From a virus, in UHGV virus genome UHGV-0468246: a stretch of DNA of 64,000 nucleotides; one strand, written 5' to 3'. Made by a program: the position numbers and the translations under genes. Below, piece by piece: positions 60,946 through 64,000 of the stretch (positions within the stretch are counted from its first letter, which is position 1; the number at the start of each line of letters is the position of its first letter). The notes under the pieces are model-generated. The model ran no database searches. It had not been told where the DNA came from and saw only the letters and a list, made by a program, of their open reading frames with translations.

Positions 60946-62829
60946 TTACGCGTCGCGGGAAACGGAGAACACGAACAGCTCGCTCGCAAGCTCGGTGAGC
61001 ATGCTTTCCGCGAGAACGTCTATCCCCATGTACACGTGCCTGTCGCGGACGAGGACGGGTGCGTTCACGACCACATTGACGATGTTTTCAGCGCTCTGCA
61101 CCTGATCGTAGCCCGTCGCCCTCCCCTTTCCCATGACGGTGAGCAGCCCGGTTGCCCCAAGCCCTATGTAGAACGAGCGGTCGTAGTCCGAAACCAAGCC
61201 GCCGTCGAGCGTGACCGAGTAGATGTACTCGCGGATGTTCGCTGCGCTCTCGCCGAACAGGCCGACGAACGGGTACGGTCGCATCTCCACGGTGTCGTCC
61301 ACGTAGTATCCGCACCGACCGACGAGGCAGACGTACTTCCCGCCGCTCTCGATTATTTTATCGACAACCGCAATCGCGTCGGCCTCCATGTTCGACACCA
61401 TGAACAGGCATGTGGCGGCGTTCCGGCTGTACTTGTCCTCATGCTTCAGATCGTCATCGAAGAGAACCCTCATGCGGTTGCTCGTCTTGTCGATCATGAG
61501 CGATGCCATGGAGTACCACGCCTCCATGTACGACACGTTGGCCTCGGTCTGCCAGTTCGCCGCCTGAAGCGAGCGCATGGACAGCGCCATGCCGTTGTAA
61601 TCGGAGGCGTTGCGCTCCGATATGCGGTACTTGTCCATCGCGGCCCACAGCTCGATCACCTTCTCGTCCGATAGAAGGCGGTAGTCGGAGTAGTCGCCCA
61701 CGACGACCTGCGAGGCGTTGTACTTCGCGAGCACGGAGAACATTCCGTCGGGCTGCGTTATGTCGGGCACGTCGAGCACGAATACCGGCTTGCACGCCTC
61801 CCCGATGCGGCAGCACACGGCGGTCAACGCCTCGAAGCTGCGAAGCTCGCTCTGCTCGTCGGTGCTCTTCTGGTACTTCATGGGCATGCCCGCATAGGCC
61901 CAGCCGTACGTGCCGAAGTCGGACGCTATGCCGCTCCTCGCATACCCGGCACCGTCGGAATCGACTAGGCAGTAGGCGTAGTCGGGAACTATTGCCGTGA
62001 GGGCCGTCTGCCCTATCTTGGACTTGATCGAGACGCACAGCGCGCGCTGCTCCTCCGCGAGGAACGAGCGCCACAGCAGGTAGTCGTCGTCCACCCCGTT
62101 GATGACGTAGCGGTCGCTGGGCATGACGCGGTTCCGCTCGTAGAAGTTCCTGTCAGCCGTCGCGTTGCGGTCGTATCGCAGACCGGCAAGCCCGATGCCG
62201 TCGAGGCAGTACCCGTACACGTCGGTTCCGTGCATCGTGCGCAGCTCGTCGATGAGGGCGGTGAGCGCGTCCTTCGCCCCGGACGGCGAAAACATGCGCG
62301 AGTACTCGCCCGTGCTCGACCTCTGCTGGTACGGATGGAAGTCGGGGTTCGTCGTGTCGCTCCACAACTCTGACGACACGGCGCACGTCACGGCCACGTT
62401 GCGGTGCCTGAAACGGTCGAGCAGCTGCTTCAGAACCGGGTTCTTGCCCAGCCCGTAATCGGCGGCGACCTCGCTGTCCCAGTAAACCATGCCGTCCTTT
62501 GCGACGGTCAGAAGCACCTCGTCGAAGCCTGCGGACGCTATGTCCTCGACCACGACCCGCTCCTTGCCCACGCAGTCCGCCGCGTTCAGGCGGATGGCGT
62601 ACCGCATCACGTTCGTCTCGCCGTTGGTGACGCGGTTCCACAGCTTCCACTTGTTCGAGGCGATGCGCTGGATGAGCCACACTTCGTTGACCTTCGGCGG
62701 CTGGTCGAAGCCCGACAGGTCGAACGATATGGTGAGCTTGCCGGTCTGCGTCATGCATGTTATTCCGTCGCTGCCAACGTTGGTTATCATCGCGGGCAGC
62801 ATCTCGTTCTTGTTCATGTTCCTCTGCAT
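60946..62829 (-). CDS. Hypothetical structural protein (627 aa). Contains an in-frame copy of the 16-bp palindrome at 61349-61364.
   Basis: The embedded TCGATAAAATAATCGA encodes VVDKIIESG. Confidence 0.45.
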   Translation of the reverse strand: MQRNMNKNEMLPAMITNVGSDGITCMTQTGKLTISFDLSGFDQPPKVNEVWLIQRIASNKWKLWNRVTNGETNVMRYAIRLNAADCVGKERVVVEDIASAGFDEVLLTVAKDGMVYWDSEVAADYGLGKNPVLKQLLDRFRHRNVAVTCAVSSELWSDTTNPDFHPYQQRSSTGEYSRMFSPSGAKDALTALIDELRTMHGTDVYGYCLDGIGLAGLRYDRNATADRNFYERNRVMPSDRYVINGVDDDYLLWRSFLAEEQRALCVSIKSKIGQTALTAIVPDYAYCLVDSDGAGYARSGIASDFGTYGWAYAGMPMKYQKSTDEQSELRSFEALTAVCCRIGEACKPVFVLDVPDITQPDGMFSVLAKYNASQVVVGDYSDYRLLSDEKVIELWAAMDKYRISERNASDYNGMALSMRSLQAANWQTEANVSYMEAWYSMASLMIDKTSNRMRVLFDDDLKHEDKYSRNAATCLFMVSNMEADAIAVVDKIIESGGKYVCLVGRCGYYVDDTVEMRPYPFVGLFGESAANIREYIYSVTLDGGLVSDYDRSFYIGLGATGLLTVMGKGRATGYDQVQSAENIVNVVVNAPVLVRDRHVYMGIDVLAESMLTELASELFVFSVSRDA

Positions 62830-62830
62830 G

Positions 62831-64000
62831 TCACTTCTCCCACGAGACCATGCCGGGGAACCGAGTGTCGCCCTTCTCGCACTGCGGGCACACGAGCGTC
62901 ACGCTCGTGCTGTACTGGCCCGCGTTCGGGCCTCCGCTGTGCTGCACGTTGGTGACGTACCCGGAAAGCCCCAAGCTCTTCACCTTCACGCGCATGCCGG
63001 GCCAGATGTTCGGCATCCACGTTATCTGCAAGCTCATCTGGTACTGGTTGGCCCAGTTTCGCATGAACTCGTACAGCGCGTAAAGGAACGGGAGGATGTA
63101 CTGCGGGTTCGCGTCCGTCCCTCCGCTCGTCCCGCTGTCGTTCGGCTTCTCGATGACGTGCTGAAGCTGCTTCTTGGCGGGCCTCGCCCCGTAGCGGCGG
63201 TACAGCTCGCGCGGCGTGAACCGCCACTCCTCGCCCTCCGGTATGTTGATGAGCTTCTTCAGCAGCTCGCTCGGCTCGTTCGATATGGCGTTCTCCCCGA
63301 CATCGTTCAAAACGCCCGACGACAAGGCGGCTGTGTTGCTCTCGATGGACACCACGCCCTGCGTGAGCGCCCATTGCATGTCGGAGGTCTGGCCGCTGCT
63401 TGTGAGGTACTGCCCGCCGGTGTTCACGCCTGCGCAGAACTGATGGCTCACGAACGTGTCGTCGGACTGGGTTATCTTCAGGTCGATCAGCTCGATGTCG
63501 TCGAGCAGAAGGCACGGCGTGTTGCCAGAAACGCCCCAGTAGTCGGGATACCACGCCATGAAGGTACCGTCCGGCCCGGCCATCACCGTGCGCATGGACG
63601 AGTTGAATATGTCCTTGACCGTGTTCCACACCGGCTCGTCGTTCGCCAGCGCGCGCTCGCCGACGAGCAGCTGGGATGCCGCCGCGTTCATCGTGTCGCC
63701 GAAGCTCGATGCGAAGAACCACGCCGTCGAGGCGAGGGAGCCTGACGAGGAGTTCGCCCCTCCGCCCTGCGCCTCGGCCTCCTCGGTGCTGTCAGCATCG
63801 CCGCCGTACTCGCTCGCCGTTATTCCGTCCTTGCTCTGAACGTACCTCGGCGTAACAAACAAGAAGCCGCCGCTGTCGTACACGTTCACCGACAAGTTGT
63901 ACTTCAGGGCATAGGACGATATTGCGTTGACGGCGTTCAACTTGGTTCGCTCGCCAACGTCGATAAGGGAGAACTCCCATGCAAGCCCGTAGCCGAAATA
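62831..64000 (-). CDS. Hypothetical structural protein. N-terminus may lie beyond the window end.
   Basis: Track ORF 62831..63940. The frame is open up to the window edge. Confidence 0.4.
   Translation of the reverse strand, partial: YFGYGLAWEFSLIDVGERTKLNAVNAISSYALKYNLSVNVYDSGGFLFVTPRYVQSKDGITASEYGGDADSTEEAEAQGGGANSSSGSLASTAWFFASSFGDTMNAAASQLLVGERALANDEPVWNTVKDIFNSSMRTVMAGPDGTFMAWYPDYWGVSGNTPCLLLDDIELIDLKITQSDDTFVSHQFCAGVNTGGQYLTSSGQTSDMQWALTQGVVSIESNTAALSSGVLNDVGENAISNEPSELLKKLINIPEGEEWRFTPRELYRRYGARPAKKQLQHVIEKPNDSGTSGGTDANPQYILPFLYALYEFMRNWANQYQMSLQITWMPNIWPGMRVKVKSLGLSGYVTNVQHSGGPNAGQYSTSVTLVCPQCEKGDTRFPGMVSWEK

Noticed and set aside
1-64000. Prophage boundary, integrase or attachment site
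   Set aside because: No tyrosine or serine recombinase, no host housekeeping genes, and no direct repeats flanking a tRNA were found. The tRNAs are internal to phage-like sequence, so I treat the window as phage genome interior rather than an integration junction.

Overview
The whole window looks like part of a large, GC-rich (~65%) double-stranded DNA phage genome. It is probably virulent or at least not at a prophage edge, since I see no integrase, no host genes and no att-like boundary. Almost all genes run on the minus strand, from high to low coordinates. The plus-strand exceptions are two small islands at 2735-4761 and 13639-14623.

Modules from 64000 downward:
- Myovirus-like baseplate and tail genes at 50169-64000, including a 1464-aa giant protein, a baseplate-J-like protein and a gp25-like protein.
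- An SNF2 helicase, then a replication/recombination module at 34774-48250: DnaC-like loader, intein-containing DnaB, DnaG primase, J-domain protein, an unusual SSB, a DnaE-type polymerase, RecA and Cas4-like/PD-(D/E)xK nucleases.
- A long run of small accessory genes at 14650-34784. It holds three Lar-type anti-restriction proteins, a nucleotidyltransferase, a PAPS-reductase-like protein, and a split Topo VI-like type IIB topoisomerase (GHKL B subunit plus Spo11/Top6A-like A subunit).
- A non-coding RNA region with tRNA-Arg(CCT), tRNA-Met(CAT) and a tRNA-like element, next to an HNH homing endonuclease.
- A metallophosphoesterase, a low-GC moron, and a lysis cassette (holin-like protein plus a GH25-LysM endolysin).
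- A divergent locus at the low end: a collagen-like tail fibre gene (1-2592, minus, running off the window) next to four tandem paralogous small plus-strand genes. Each paralog has its own TTGACA...TACNNT promoter carrying a C9-C10 homopolymer in the spacer.

Regulatory DNA:
- A 16-bp palindrome, TCGATTAWWTAATCGA, sits 5' of the ribosome-binding site at about nine gene starts.
- An AT-rich ~40-bp intergenic motif family recurs about 14 times, often beside terminator hairpins and TGnTAAGAT/TAACAT extended -10-like boxes.
- Homopolymeric G/C runs of 9-10 nt recur, both as Shine-Dalgarno-like elements and inside coding regions.

The long ORFs on other frames over the collagen repeat and elsewhere are GC-driven shadow ORFs and I rejected them.
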